Source of the DNA: Candidatus Altiarchaeota archaeon
GTDB lineage: Archaea; Altiarchaeota; Altiarchaeia; IMC4; SCGC-AAA252-I15
Assembly (NCBI GenBank): GCA_043813075.1
Contig: JBDRLL010000006.1
Location: 32,001 to 96,000, forward strand
Reading direction: 5' to 3'
Length of the DNA stretch: 64,000 bases
Positions within the stretch are counted from its first letter, which is position 1. Each line of letters starts with the position of its first letter. Made by a program: the position numbers and the translations under genes. Positions 54,618 to 62,970 of the stretch are shown here, piece by piece. The notes under the pieces were generated by a model. It was not told the origin of the DNA. It searched no databases and worked only from the letters and a program-made list of their open reading frames with translations.

Positions 54618-55547
54618 CTATTTTTTGTAAAAGCGGGTAAAATCAGGGAAATCCGGCGGGTGAGGCCCTATGAACAGCATTTCCACCCTAAAATCATCAA
54701 GACTAAAGTTGGTGCTAGGCTCCTTGACCATGTGTAAGGGCACTTTCCCGTAGAAGGAGGCCCACGCCGAATACGTGCTTGGGGGGCCGATGATGTAGTC
54801 ACACTTGGCGAGGGAGTAAAGGTCTTCAATAGCGTGTCCACGCGCGAGAGTGACGTTGAATTCCGAAAGCTGCCCCAAATCCAAATCCTCGTCAGAACAT
54901 ATTAGGAACCCTACTTCACTGCCCTTAAACAGTTCCCGTGTTTTTTTCATCAGCAACTTATAGGTATCCAGTCCATAGAAGAATTTTCCGTTAAGGAATG
55001 ACTGGTAGTCTTTCTGCCTGATGTGCACTCCAACCAGTATTTCGCAGGATTTCCGTGCCCTGCTAATTAGGTCAGATACGTTGGACTGGTGTTCTTCTAT
55101 TGGCGTGAAATACGCCCGCACAGCGTCACCGTGTTTTTCGATTAGCTTATCCGAGTTGACCACAAAAGCGTATCCGCGGAAAAAAACAATCTTGGCTTCT
55201 CTTGTGGAGTCCAGAAATTCCGGGCTATCGAGAAGCACATAATCCCCGTATTGTATCTCATATGCCTTGAAGTATTTTAGTTTAAATCTTCCACGACCAA
55301 AACGATTTAGGATAATTCCTAGGAGGAACGACAGGATATTTGTTATAATGCGGTTGGAGTATAAGATGGATTTTTTAGGCGGGTAGGTGGACACTATACC
55401 GCCACGAGTGCCCTGGAAGTGTTGCGCATAATCCCTGAAATCAAGATGCATTACACGCCTGTTGCCTTCTAGCGCAGACACTATAACGTGCGAGAAATTA
55501 ACTAGATGGTTGCAAAGCCCACCATACACGCCAGATATGACAAACAT
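54618..55547 (-). CDS. Alpha-1,2-fucosyltransferase-like (GT11)
   Basis: 'GGLCN', 'VGVHIRQKDY', 'EDLYSLAKCDYIIGPPSTYSAWASFYG'. Confidence 0.8.
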   Translation of the reverse strand: MFVISGVYGGLCNHLVNFSHVIVSALEGNRRVMHLDFRDYAQHFQGTRGGIVSTYPPKKSILYSNRIITNILSFLLGIILNRFGRGRFKLKYFKAYEIQYGDYVLLDSPEFLDSTREAKIVFFRGYAFVVNSDKLIEKHGDAVRAYFTPIEEHQSNVSDLISRARKSCEILVGVHIRQKDYQSFLNGKFFYGLDTYKLLMKKTRELFKGSEVGFLICSDEDLDLGQLSEFNVTLARGHAIEDLYSLAKCDYIIGPPSTYSAWASFYGKVPLHMVKEPSTNFSLDDFRVEMLFIGPHPPDFPDFTRFYKK

Positions 55548-55602
55548 GTTAAGAGATTGGTGTAATCATTAATAATCCCCCATTAGGGGGATGGGAAGAT
55601 GA

Positions 55603-55677
55603 TGGGCCGCGGGCGGAACACTCAGCCCTTTCGGGCTGGTGCGTCATCCCCTAGCGGGGATGCCGTTTGAATCCGCG
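55603..55677 (-). repeat. Duplicated 3' end of tRNA-His interrupted by a 47-nt two-hairpin insert
   Basis: tgggccgcgggcggaa (=55749-55764) + insert 55619-55665 + tttgaatccgcg (=55765-55776). Confidence 0.88.
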
Positions 55678-55694
55678 CTTTGTTATAACGCTCA

Positions 55695-55751
55695 GTGTCG
55701 TCGAGGCGGAGCCGAAGACGGCACCCGCATGTCCACTGGGCGTGACAGTGG
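55695..55751. repeat. tRNA 3'-trailer double-hairpin element, copy 2
   Basis: gtgtcgtc-ga-ggc-gga-gcc-gaa-gacggcac-ccgcatgt-ccactg-ggcgtga-cagtgg. Confidence 0.85.
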
Positions 55752-55911
55752 GCCGCGGGCGGAATTTGAATCCGCGTCGCCGGATTGCTGCAACCTTTGA
55801 TTTTCCGGAAGATTAATGTGTTCTTTCTTTTCCGTCAACGCTTTTCTTTCTTATAAGAAAGAAAAGGGTTGCCACAGTCCAGTAGGATAACCAGGCTACC
55901 CCACCGCGGCC
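55751..55911 (-). tRNA. tRNA-His(GUG) with encoded G-1 and an 86-nt intron at 37/38
   Basis: G GCCGCGG...CTGGA CT GTG G|intron|A TCCGG...GCGGA TTCAAAT TCCGC CCGCGGC C. Confidence 0.95.
55786..55871 (-). other. BHB intron of tRNA-His containing a mirror/inverted Y-Y-R repeat
   Basis: Central helix CTGT/GCAG, bulges GG|C and CA|A, outer helix AACC/GGTT. Confidence 0.9.
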
Positions 55912-55941
55912 GTTTTGTGGGTATGTATAGGGTTTTTTGTG

Positions 55942-55949
55942 AATATAAA
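55942..55949 (-). promoter_or_regulatory. Putative TATA box of tRNA-His
   Basis: TTTATATT on the minus strand about 31 nt upstream of the tRNA, preceded by an A-rich BRE-like run. Confidence 0.55.
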
Positions 55950-55977
55950 GTTTTTGTATTGTCTTAAGGTTTTTGTT

Positions 55978-56922
55978 TTATCCGAGTATCCTGATGATTT
56001 CGTCTTCGTCTATTCCTATTAGGTGGGTCTTGAGTATGCTTAGTTCCTTGCCGTCCATTGAGTCCGGATCGAGGCTTATGAGTAGCCGTGAGTTTTTTAC
56101 TGAGACGAGGTCTTGTATGTTTTGGAGTAGTTCTATGAATGTTTTCGGGTCTTGCATGGTCCGTATGTAGGGCGCGTCTAGGAATAGGATTATGTTTTTT
56201 TCGTTGTCTCTCGTGAAGGTGGTTATCTGGTGGAGGAATTCTGTTGGGTTTTTAATGCTTACTGCGCCGTCCACTGTCATCTCTGAAAGCCATATGGTCC
56301 CGTATTCCACATTACCTAAATCGTATCGTTCCTTTAGGTTTTGGGGGTTTAGTTTTGATATGCAGAGCCCTTTGAATCCGTGAGCCACCATGCTTTTGAA
56401 TATCTTTACTGCTGCCACAACGTTTTTTGATTCTATCAAGTAGCTGTTTCCTTTTTGCAGTATGGACTCGTAACGGCTGGTTCCTCCTGCCTCGAGCATT
56501 CTTATTTTTTCCTCGAGTTCTCGGGCATAAAGCTTTACTTCATCTTCTGCTTTTCTTCTTTTCACGATGTTTTTTATTACTTGCGCGAGCCTTGCGCTTT
56601 TCAATTGGTCTTTGGTGAGGAAATCGTGGGCTCCATATTTTAGGGCCTCGCAGGCTATTTCCTCGCTTCCCTGCCCGGTGAGGAATACTATGGGCGTGTC
56701 ATCTCCGCGTTCTCTGAGATTTTTAAGGATTTCTATACCATCATCAGAGCCTAGCTTATAGTCGAGTAGTATTATGTCGCATTTTTCGGATTCTAGTCTT
56801 TCGTATAGTTGTTGTGCTGTGTTGGAGGTGTGGAACAGGAATTCCTCGTCGAGCGTTCGGGTGAGAGTGTGCTCTATCATTTTCTGGTCTGCTGGGTTAT
56901 CGTCGACGCACATAATCCTCAT
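55978..56922 (-). CDS. Response regulator (REC) fused to a DUF835-like domain
   Basis: 'VDD...LLDYKL...DG', 'LTGQG', 'GAHDFLTK'; C-terminal 'GLCISK.NP...IWLS...IDPDS'-type DUF835 pattern. Confidence 0.85.
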   Translation of the reverse strand: MRIMCVDDNPADQKMIEHTLTRTLDEEFLFHTSNTAQQLYERLESEKCDIILLDYKLGSDDGIEILKNLRERGDDTPIVFLTGQGSEEIACEALKYGAHDFLTKDQLKSARLAQVIKNIVKRRKAEDEVKLYARELEEKIRMLEAGGTSRYESILQKGNSYLIESKNVVAAVKIFKSMVAHGFKGLCISKLNPQNLKERYDLGNVEYGTIWLSEMTVDGAVSIKNPTEFLHQITTFTRDNEKNIILFLDAPYIRTMQDPKTFIELLQNIQDLVSVKNSRLLISLDPDSMDGKELSILKTHLIGIDEDEIIRILG

Positions 56923-56947
56923 GCTGCATACCTTTGCCTGGTTTTTT

Positions 56948-57952
56948 CTATTGCTTTAATGACTTGGATATGGTGAATTTAAATTCAGCCCCCATATCAT
57001 CCTTGCCTTTACCAACGGATATTTTCCCAGAATGGTGTTCGACTATTGATTTCACTATCGCTAAGCCTGCGCCTGTTCCATCGTATTTTGATTGGTTGGG
57101 TATTCTCTCAAACAGCTGGAATATTTTATCGTAGTATTTGGGGTCTATGCCGATACCGTTGTCTGTGACCCTGAACTCGTATTCATCTTCTTTCTCAGCG
57201 TATTTGATTATGACTGTTGGCGTAGTGCTCTTATTGTATTTTAGGGCATTGCTGATGAGGTTCTTGAATATCTCGCTGAGCCACGTGCGCTGGCACATGA
57301 TTTTTGGGAGTCCGGAATACTCGATGCGAGCGTTACTCGACTCTATGAGCACCTCCAATTCTACCTGGACTTCTTCCAGCACCTCATTCACGTCCACTAG
57401 CGTGAATTCGGTGTTTTTACGGCCGATACGCGATAGTTTCAGTAGGTCGTCTATCATGAGGGTCATGCGTTGGGTGGATGTTAGTATCATGTTTAAATGG
57501 TCTTTCCCAGTGTCGTCTAGTTTGTCGCCGTAGTCTTCCTGAAGGAACGTGGAGAATCCCTCGATGTTTCTTAATGGCTCCTTGAGGTCGTGGCTGACGG
57601 TGTATGTGTAGTTTTCAAGCTGCTTGTTTACGTCCTCTAGCTGTTGTGCATAGTCCCTTAGCTTGCCTTTGCTCTCTTCGAGGGCGACCTCTTTTTCCTC
57701 TAGTTTCTTGATGAAGCACAGTATTATTGATGGCACTATTATTGCGCAGACTAGTGCAGCTATAGAACCAGTGAGGACATAGTCGTAGGTTATGGTCCTG
57801 TTGAATAGGAGGGCCATTACGGATATTATGAATAGGGTTAGGAGTTGCGCGGCAGCTATCATTAGGAGGAATATGTACCATAGGCTAGTGGCCCTCAGTT
57901 TGGCCATAAGCCCGTCTAGTAGAGCGCAAGCACTAGACATTAGTACACCCAC
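56948..57952 (-). CDS. Membrane sensor histidine kinase
   Basis: Two TMs, H-box 'SHDLKEPL', N-box 'NLISNALKY', 'DNGIGI', 'GTGAGL'. Confidence 0.93.
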   Translation of the reverse strand: MGVLMSSACALLDGLMAKLRATSLWYIFLLMIAAAQLLTLFIISVMALLFNRTITYDYVLTGSIAALVCAIIVPSIILCFIKKLEEKEVALEESKGKLRDYAQQLEDVNKQLENYTYTVSHDLKEPLRNIEGFSTFLQEDYGDKLDDTGKDHLNMILTSTQRMTLMIDDLLKLSRIGRKNTEFTLVDVNEVLEEVQVELEVLIESSNARIEYSGLPKIMCQRTWLSEIFKNLISNALKYNKSTTPTVIIKYAEKEDEYEFRVTDNGIGIDPKYYDKIFQLFERIPNQSKYDGTGAGLAIVKSIVEHHSGKISVGKGKDDMGAEFKFTISKSLKQ

Positions 57953-57985
57953 GTATTGTTAGAGATTAGAGTATAGGATAAATAA

Positions 57986-58246
57986 TTATCGTAGTAGTTT
58001 TAGTGCTTGTCGGCAGGTCATGCCTTTTTTTATCCCTAGTTGGCTTGCTTTGCTGGTGCAGGCCTTTATTTTGGCGTTTAGAGCGTCTTCTGGCGTGTTG
58101 ACGCCGGTTACTGTGCATGCGGTGTGGCCGAGTTTTTCGGCTGTCTCCATGTTTAGGAGTCCGCACATTACGTATCCTTTTCTGGCTTTTAGGAGGACTA
58201 GGTTGTGTGGGCCGAGGTTGATTGTGTGTTCTTCGTGGTCTGTCAT
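57986..58246 (-). CDS. YunC/DUF1805 family protein
   Basis: 'KGYVMCGLLN...VTGV...DAL...A..LGI..GM..RQAL'. Confidence 0.85.
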   Translation of the reverse strand: MTDHEEHTINLGPHNLVLLKARKGYVMCGLLNMETAEKLGHTACTVTGVNTPEDALNAKIKACTSKASQLGIKKGMTCRQALKLLR

Positions 58247-59094
58247 TCGTCTTTCACTTTTCTCTTGGTTATCATTGTCCCGGTTCCGGTTGCGGTTAGT
58301 ATTTCCTCGAGTACTGCGTGTCTTGATGCTTTGACTATGTGTGTGCGGTCTACCCCGTTTTCTAGCGCGTGGATGCATGCCTCTAGCTTGGGTATCATAC
58401 CGCCTTTGATGAAGTCTTGTTTGATGAGTTTTTTTGTCTCCAGCAGGGTTAGTCTTTTGACCAGGTTGTTTTTCTTGTCTAGGACTCCCTCCACGTTGGT
58501 GAGTAGTATTAGTTTGCTGGCGTTGAGTGCTACGGCGAGTTTTGCTGCTGCGGTGTCCGCGTTTATGTTGTATGTCATACCGCCGGGGCCGAGCCCTATT
58601 GGGGAGATTACGGGTATGTAGTCGTTGTCTAGCTGCGTTTTCACTATCTTGGGGTTTACCTTCTTGACTTCGCCCACGTATCCTAGGTCGATTTCTGAGT
58701 CGACTTTGGATGCCTGGAATAGGCTTCCGGACTGGCCGGATATTCCGACGGCGTTTCCTTCCTGGGTGTTTATGAGGGATACGAGTTCTGTGTTTACCTT
58801 GCCTGTCAGCACCATTTCGACTATGTCCATCGTCTCCCGGTCTGTGACTCTGAGTCCTTTCACGAACGTGGGTTTCTTCCCGAATTTCTCCATTGCCTCT
58901 GTGATTTCGACTCCGCCACCGTGGACTAGGACGACTTTTATGCCAACCAGGTTGAGGAACATCAGGTCTTTTGCTACTGATAGCAGAACATCCTTGTCCA
59001 GCATGGTTTCGCCGCCTAGTTTTACGACGAAAACCTGGCCTCTGAAGCGTCGTACATACTCTAATGCTTCGGTCAGCAGCTCTGAAGCCTTCAT
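58243..59094 (-). CDS. argB: Acetylglutamate kinase
   Basis: 'VVKLGG', 'VHGGG', 'GLRVTD', 'NINAD', 'GGMIPK'. Confidence 0.96.
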   Translation of the reverse strand: MKASELLTEALEYVRRFRGQVFVVKLGGETMLDKDVLLSVAKDLMFLNLVGIKVVLVHGGGVEITEAMEKFGKKPTFVKGLRVTDRETMDIVEMVLTGKVNTELVSLINTQEGNAVGISGQSGSLFQASKVDSEIDLGYVGEVKKVNPKIVKTQLDNDYIPVISPIGLGPGGMTYNINADTAAAKLAVALNASKLILLTNVEGVLDKKNNLVKRLTLLETKKLIKQDFIKGGMIPKLEACIHALENGVDRTHIVKASRHAVLEEILTATGTGTMITKRKVKDE

Positions 59095-59188
59095 TTTTAA
59101 TTTAAGGTGTAAACAAGTCTATAAATCAAAATATTGGGGGTCTGGGGATGTTTTTATACTACATCTTCCATACAATAACTCATTCAAG

Positions 59189-59836
59189 ATGTATGTCATA
59201 ATTATCGGGTGTGGGGGCATTGGGAAGGCTCTGGCGACGCATTTGACTAGTGAGGGTAATGAGGTTGTTGTTATTGAGGAGGATGAGGAGCGTGCGAAGT
59301 CCATTGCAGAGGGCATGGATGTCATAGTGATTCACGGTGACGCTAGTGACACGAATATCCTGAAGGATGCGGGGGTTGAGAGGGCTGATGCTGCTGCCGT
59401 GTTGACTGCTGACGACAACATTAATCTTGCCATATGCCAGATGCTGAAGAAGTATAATGTCCCTAAGATCATAGCCAGGGTCAATGACCCGGGTAAGAAG
59501 GACTTGTATATCAGCCTTGAGATTACGGCGGCGATAAGCATTGTTTCCGCTGCTGTCAGCCAGTTCAAGAATGCTTTGACTAAGGAGAGGGGTAGGAGTA
59601 TGGTTTCTATTGCCGGCGGTAACGCGGAGGTTATAGAGGTTAAGATCAGTAATGAGAAGCTTGATGGCCGTAAAATCAAGGATATCGGGCTTCCAAATGG
59701 TTCTACCATAGGCATGATCTATCGTAATGGCGAGGTTATTATCTGTTCTAAGGATACGATCATCAAGAAGGATGATGTTGCCATCGTCATCACTAAGACT
59801 GATGTCATCCAGGATGTTTCAGCCATACTGAAGTAG
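59189..59836 (+). CDS. trkA: TrkA-family potassium uptake regulatory subunit
   Basis: 'IIIGCGGIG', 'HGDA...L..AGV..AD', C-terminal RCK_C. Confidence 0.9.
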   Translation: MYVIIIGCGGIGKALATHLTSEGNEVVVIEEDEERAKSIAEGMDVIVIHGDASDTNILKDAGVERADAAAVLTADDNINLAICQMLKKYNVPKIIARVNDPGKKDLYISLEITAAISIVSAAVSQFKNALTKERGRSMVSIAGGNAEVIEVKISNEKLDGRKIKDIGLPNGSTIGMIYRNGEVIICSKDTIIKKDDVAIVITKTDVIQDVSAILK

Positions 59837-59839
59837 GGT

Positions 59840-60106
59840 TTATATCATCCCGAAGAAGTGTAGGAATATTAGAGTGCCTACTCCGGGGAAACCGAATAGT
59901 GTTGTTATTATTAGCGTCGCATAGTTTATGGGTATGTCCACGTCCATGAGGTAGTGTAGTGCGAGTAGGAGGCTTAATGCTCCGACACTGTTTAGTACTA
60001 GTACTAGTAGTCTTTGGATTAGTTTTTGGATTATGGACCATGTTATTATGACCAGCATTATGGTTAGTAGCAGGGATATTATGGCGGCAATCAGGTACTC
60101 TATCAT
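59840..60106 (-). CDS. BofA-like small membrane protein
   Basis: 'NSVG...IPIN..T.I....G.PGV' pattern of the BofA family. Confidence 0.65.
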   Translation of the reverse strand: MIEYLIAAIISLLLTIMLVIITWSIIQKLIQRLLVLVLNSVGALSLLLALHYLMDVDIPINYATLIITTLFGFPGVGTLIFLHFFGMI

Positions 60107-60164
60107 CTTGCGTAAGTATTGGTTTTTTATTCGTATTAACCGTATAAGTAAAACCAGTATGCCG

Positions 60165-60237
60165 GGGACCGTGGGGTAGCTTGGTATCCTTCTAGCTTTG
60201 GGAGCTAGTGACTCGAGTTCGAATCTCGACGGTCCCA
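60165..60237 (+). tRNA. tRNA-Pro(UGG), intronless
   Basis: GGGACCG...CTAGC TT TGG GA GCTAG...TCGAG TTCGAAT CTCGA CGGTCCC A. Confidence 0.96.
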
Positions 60238-60357
60238 TTTATTGCTCATGCGGTGTGCACAAACTAGCGTCATCGCGAAGCTTCCGACCCGTAAGGGTCG
60301 GTAGGAGGTGTCGGAACCTTATGTTCTGACTTCAAGTCTCGACGGTCCCATTTATTG
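60224..60357 (+). repeat. 21-bp direct repeat of the tRNA-Pro 3' end flanking a hairpin cassette
   Basis: tctcgacggtcccatttattg occurs at 60224-60244 and 60337-60357. Confidence 0.9.
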
Positions 60358-60371
60358 TTTTTATTTGGGTT

Positions 60372-60788
60372 TTATTCGTCGATTTGGGTGGAGCCGGTGT
60401 TTTCCTTGTTCATCACTACTTCGACTTGCTCTAGCTCGACGTCTGTCTCGGACTCGAATATGGGCACTTTCAGGTCCCATTTTTCGGGGAATAGTTCAGC
60501 GAAGGTTAGTTTTACGTGGAGTTCTTGTAGTATTATCACGCGGCGTATGGACTTTACGAATACTAGGAGTAGGAGTAGGAGTATTAGTATGCCGCCGATG
60601 GCTTGGAGTAGCGTGTCTGCGGTCACCCCGATTAGTGCTTGCGTGGTGAATCCTACAGCGAATGCTATCATGGTGGAGAATAGGATTATGTCCAGGTTTA
60701 TCTTGGCCCGGACACTTGATTTTATGATCGTCAGCGTCCGCTGGTATCTTTCCCGGTTAGCCTGGAATGTGATTATCTCGTACTCCAC
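60372..60788 (-). CDS. Two-TM hypothetical protein
   Basis: Codirectional with the KaiC-like module; two hydrophobic segments. Confidence 0.55.
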   Translation of the reverse strand: MEYEIITFQANRERYQRTLTIIKSSVRAKINLDIILFSTMIAFAVGFTTQALIGVTADTLLQAIGGILILLLLLLVFVKSIRRVIILQELHVKLTFAELFPEKWDLKVPIFESETDVELEQVEVVMNKENTGSTQIDE

Positions 60789-60821
60789 GTTAAATTATGG
60801 GTTGAGTAGTGTATTAAAAGT

Positions 60822-61217
60822 CTAGGATTCTATCTTGAGTATCTTGTCCCTTGTTTCCATTATCTTATCCCTGTTTTTATGGAGCACTTCAAGGGGGTCG
60901 CATCCTTCTTTGTTTGATATGAAGACTGCGAGGGCGGTGTCAGAGTATGTTAGCGTCTGGAATCCAACGCCGTATCCGAGAAGTTCAACGTATGTTTTGT
61001 CTATGGCGTAGTCAGTGTATTTCGCGATTACCTCTAGCTCGTCGTTTATGCACTCGCTCAATGGCTCCCATATTTCTGAAACCTGTTCCTTGAAGTCTTC
61101 CGGGAAAATAACGATGCCTTCAAGCCCTCTTTTCGTGACCATGCATGCTTGTATCTCTCCCACGTCTTCGTAGAGTCTCTGTAGTGCTGTCTGTATCTGC
61201 TCTAGATTGCTCTGCAT
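60822..61217 (-). CDS. Roadblock/LC7-like small protein
   Basis: 'LQRLYEDVGEIQACMVTKRGL...TALAVF' alpha/beta pattern. Confidence 0.5.
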   Translation of the reverse strand: MQSNLEQIQTALQRLYEDVGEIQACMVTKRGLEGIVIFPEDFKEQVSEIWEPLSECINDELEVIAKYTDYAIDKTYVELLGYGVGFQTLTYSDTALAVFISNKEGCDPLEVLHKNRDKIMETRDKILKIES

Positions 61218-61954
61218 TACACTTCCACCATTATTCCGTTTGTAGTGAATTTAAGTGGGAACAGGGAGACATCTATTTTTGTGCTCCTCATCTTCCGGAC
61301 TGAAAGGAGCCGCTCGTGTTCCCCGCCCAGCGTGCTTATCTGTAGTAGTATCACCCCGTCTGCCGCGAACTCGCTTATAGTGTCTCTCGACAGGTAGCTG
61401 CTCTGGTCCGCGACCTCAGACACCAGTAGTGATGTGACGTTAAGCTGGTTTATTTCGCCGATTATGTAGTACACGTCCCTTCTTGACACTGAGTGCTCTT
61501 TTGGCGGGAATTTTATCTTGCTCTGCTGGCGGCGCATGTTGCTCATGTCCTTGGATATGTTGGAGTGGTATATCACGCCGTGCTCCATCATGGTTGTGAG
61601 CGAGTCCAGGACCAGCCGCTTCGCATTTATGCGTGAGACTGCTTCTTTTATCGATTCCAGCGTGTCGCCTATATCGTCTGTTTCCGCCACGAATATGTTG
61701 AATAGCTTCTTTTTTTCCAGGGATTCCAGGTCCCAGTTGAACTGTTCTGCCTGCTGCAGTATCTTCTCCCTTGATTCCTCGAAGGTTATGTATAGGCCTG
61801 GCTCGCCTTCCAGCGCGCCTTTGTAGAGGAATTGCAGGGTTAGTATAGTCTTGCCTGTGCCGCATGAACCGGTTATGAGGGTTGTTGAACCTTCAGGTAG
61901 TCCGCCGAACGTGATCTGGTCTAGCCCGTCTATGCCTGTCTTGACTCTTTTCAT
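61217..61954 (-). CDS. Single-domain KaiC/RAD55-family ATPase
   Basis: 'RVKTGIDGLD', 'GSCGTGKT', 'FEES', 'LVLDSL', 'EFAADG', 'KMR'. Confidence 0.92.
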   Translation of the reverse strand: MKRVKTGIDGLDQITFGGLPEGSTTLITGSCGTGKTILTLQFLYKGALEGEPGLYITFEESREKILQQAEQFNWDLESLEKKKLFNIFVAETDDIGDTLESIKEAVSRINAKRLVLDSLTTMMEHGVIYHSNISKDMSNMRRQQSKIKFPPKEHSVSRRDVYYIIGEINQLNVTSLLVSEVADQSSYLSRDTISEFAADGVILLQISTLGGEHERLLSVRKMRSTKIDVSLFPLKFTTNGIMVEV

Positions 61955-61996
61955 AGTTAAACACCTTAAGGATTATTTGATTCGGGGTTAATTAGT

Positions 61997-62923
61997 TTAC
62001 CAGTGTTTGGGGACGTCGACTTCCATGAAGTCTTCCGCGATGTATGACTCCGTGAATTTTTCACGCGCCTCTGCTTCGAGTTTTTCGGTTTCACTGTATC
62101 GTTGGCTTATGTGGGTCAGGTATAGTTTTTTTGCGTTGGCTTTCGCCGCGATTTCGGCTGCTTCTGGGATTGTTGTGTGGGCGGCGTCTTTTGTCTGTTC
62201 GGCGTCTTCACCGCTGAATGATGCTTCGTGCACGAGTATGTCAGCGTCTTTCGCTAGTCTGATGACGTTACCGCATGGGCGGGTGTCTCCGGAGACTATT
62301 ATTTTTCTGCCTGGTATGGGGTCGTCTAGGACTTCCTCAGGTTTTATTGTGCTGCCGTCCAGCTCCACTTCCTGGCCTCTCTGTAGTCTGCCGAACAGCC
62401 TGCCTTCTGGGATCCCCATTTCTAATGCTTTTTTCTTGAGGAATCTTCGGTATGGTTTTTCTTCGAAGCAGTATGCCAGGCTGTTTGCGGTGTGTATTGT
62501 TTTCGCGCAGGTGACGGTGTAGTTTTTGCCTTCGCATACTGGGCCTGGTTCCACTTCATGGAGGTTTAGCTTGAAGTTTTTGAGTTGGAATGTTCCTGCC
62601 GAGAGTAGGGTGTTTATCGCGTTTTTTGTGCCTGCAGGGCCGTGTATTGTCAGTTCCCTGTCTCGTTCAAGGAAGTCCATGCTCTGTATCATGCCGCCTA
62701 TCCCTAGGAAGTGGTCTGCGTGCAGGTGGGTGAGGAATATGTGGTCGAGTTTCATGAAGTTGAGTCCTGCCTTTCGCATCTGCCTTTGGGTTCCTTCCCC
62801 GACGTCGAATAGGAATGGTTCGCCGAGGAATTCAAGGTATAGGGAGGGCAGGTTCCGCGTCTCTGTCGGCACGCATCCGCCGGTACCGAGGAATATGAGC
62901 CTCATTGAGGATGTCATAGCCAT
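61997..62923 (-). CDS. rnz: Ribonuclease Z
   Basis: 'FLGTG', 'DVGEGTQRQ', 'THLHADH', flexible arm 'GIPEG', 'SGDT', 'HEA', 'THISQRY'. Confidence 0.95.
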   Translation of the reverse strand: MAMTSSMRLIFLGTGGCVPTETRNLPSLYLEFLGEPFLFDVGEGTQRQMRKAGLNFMKLDHIFLTHLHADHFLGIGGMIQSMDFLERDRELTIHGPAGTKNAINTLLSAGTFQLKNFKLNLHEVEPGPVCEGKNYTVTCAKTIHTANSLAYCFEEKPYRRFLKKKALEMGIPEGRLFGRLQRGQEVELDGSTIKPEEVLDDPIPGRKIIVSGDTRPCGNVIRLAKDADILVHEASFSGEDAEQTKDAAHTTIPEAAEIAAKANAKKLYLTHISQRYSETEKLEAEAREKFTESYIAEDFMEVDVPKHW

Positions 62924-62970
62924 ATAAATTAAGTTGCATGTACTAAAAGCTGTTTTGCGTATTATTACTT

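Noticed and set aside
55619-55665. The insert in the tRNA-His duplicate as a T-loop intron of a split or permuted tRNA
   Set aside because: No BHB could be drawn at its junctions, the copy lacks the anticodon arm, and a complete tRNA-His is adjacent.
58625-59188. N-terminal extension of trkA in the ORF track (likewise for the ferredoxin, BofA-like, YunC and DUF2079 ORFs)
   Set aside because: The extensions overlap neighbouring genes; downstream starts match family N-termini.
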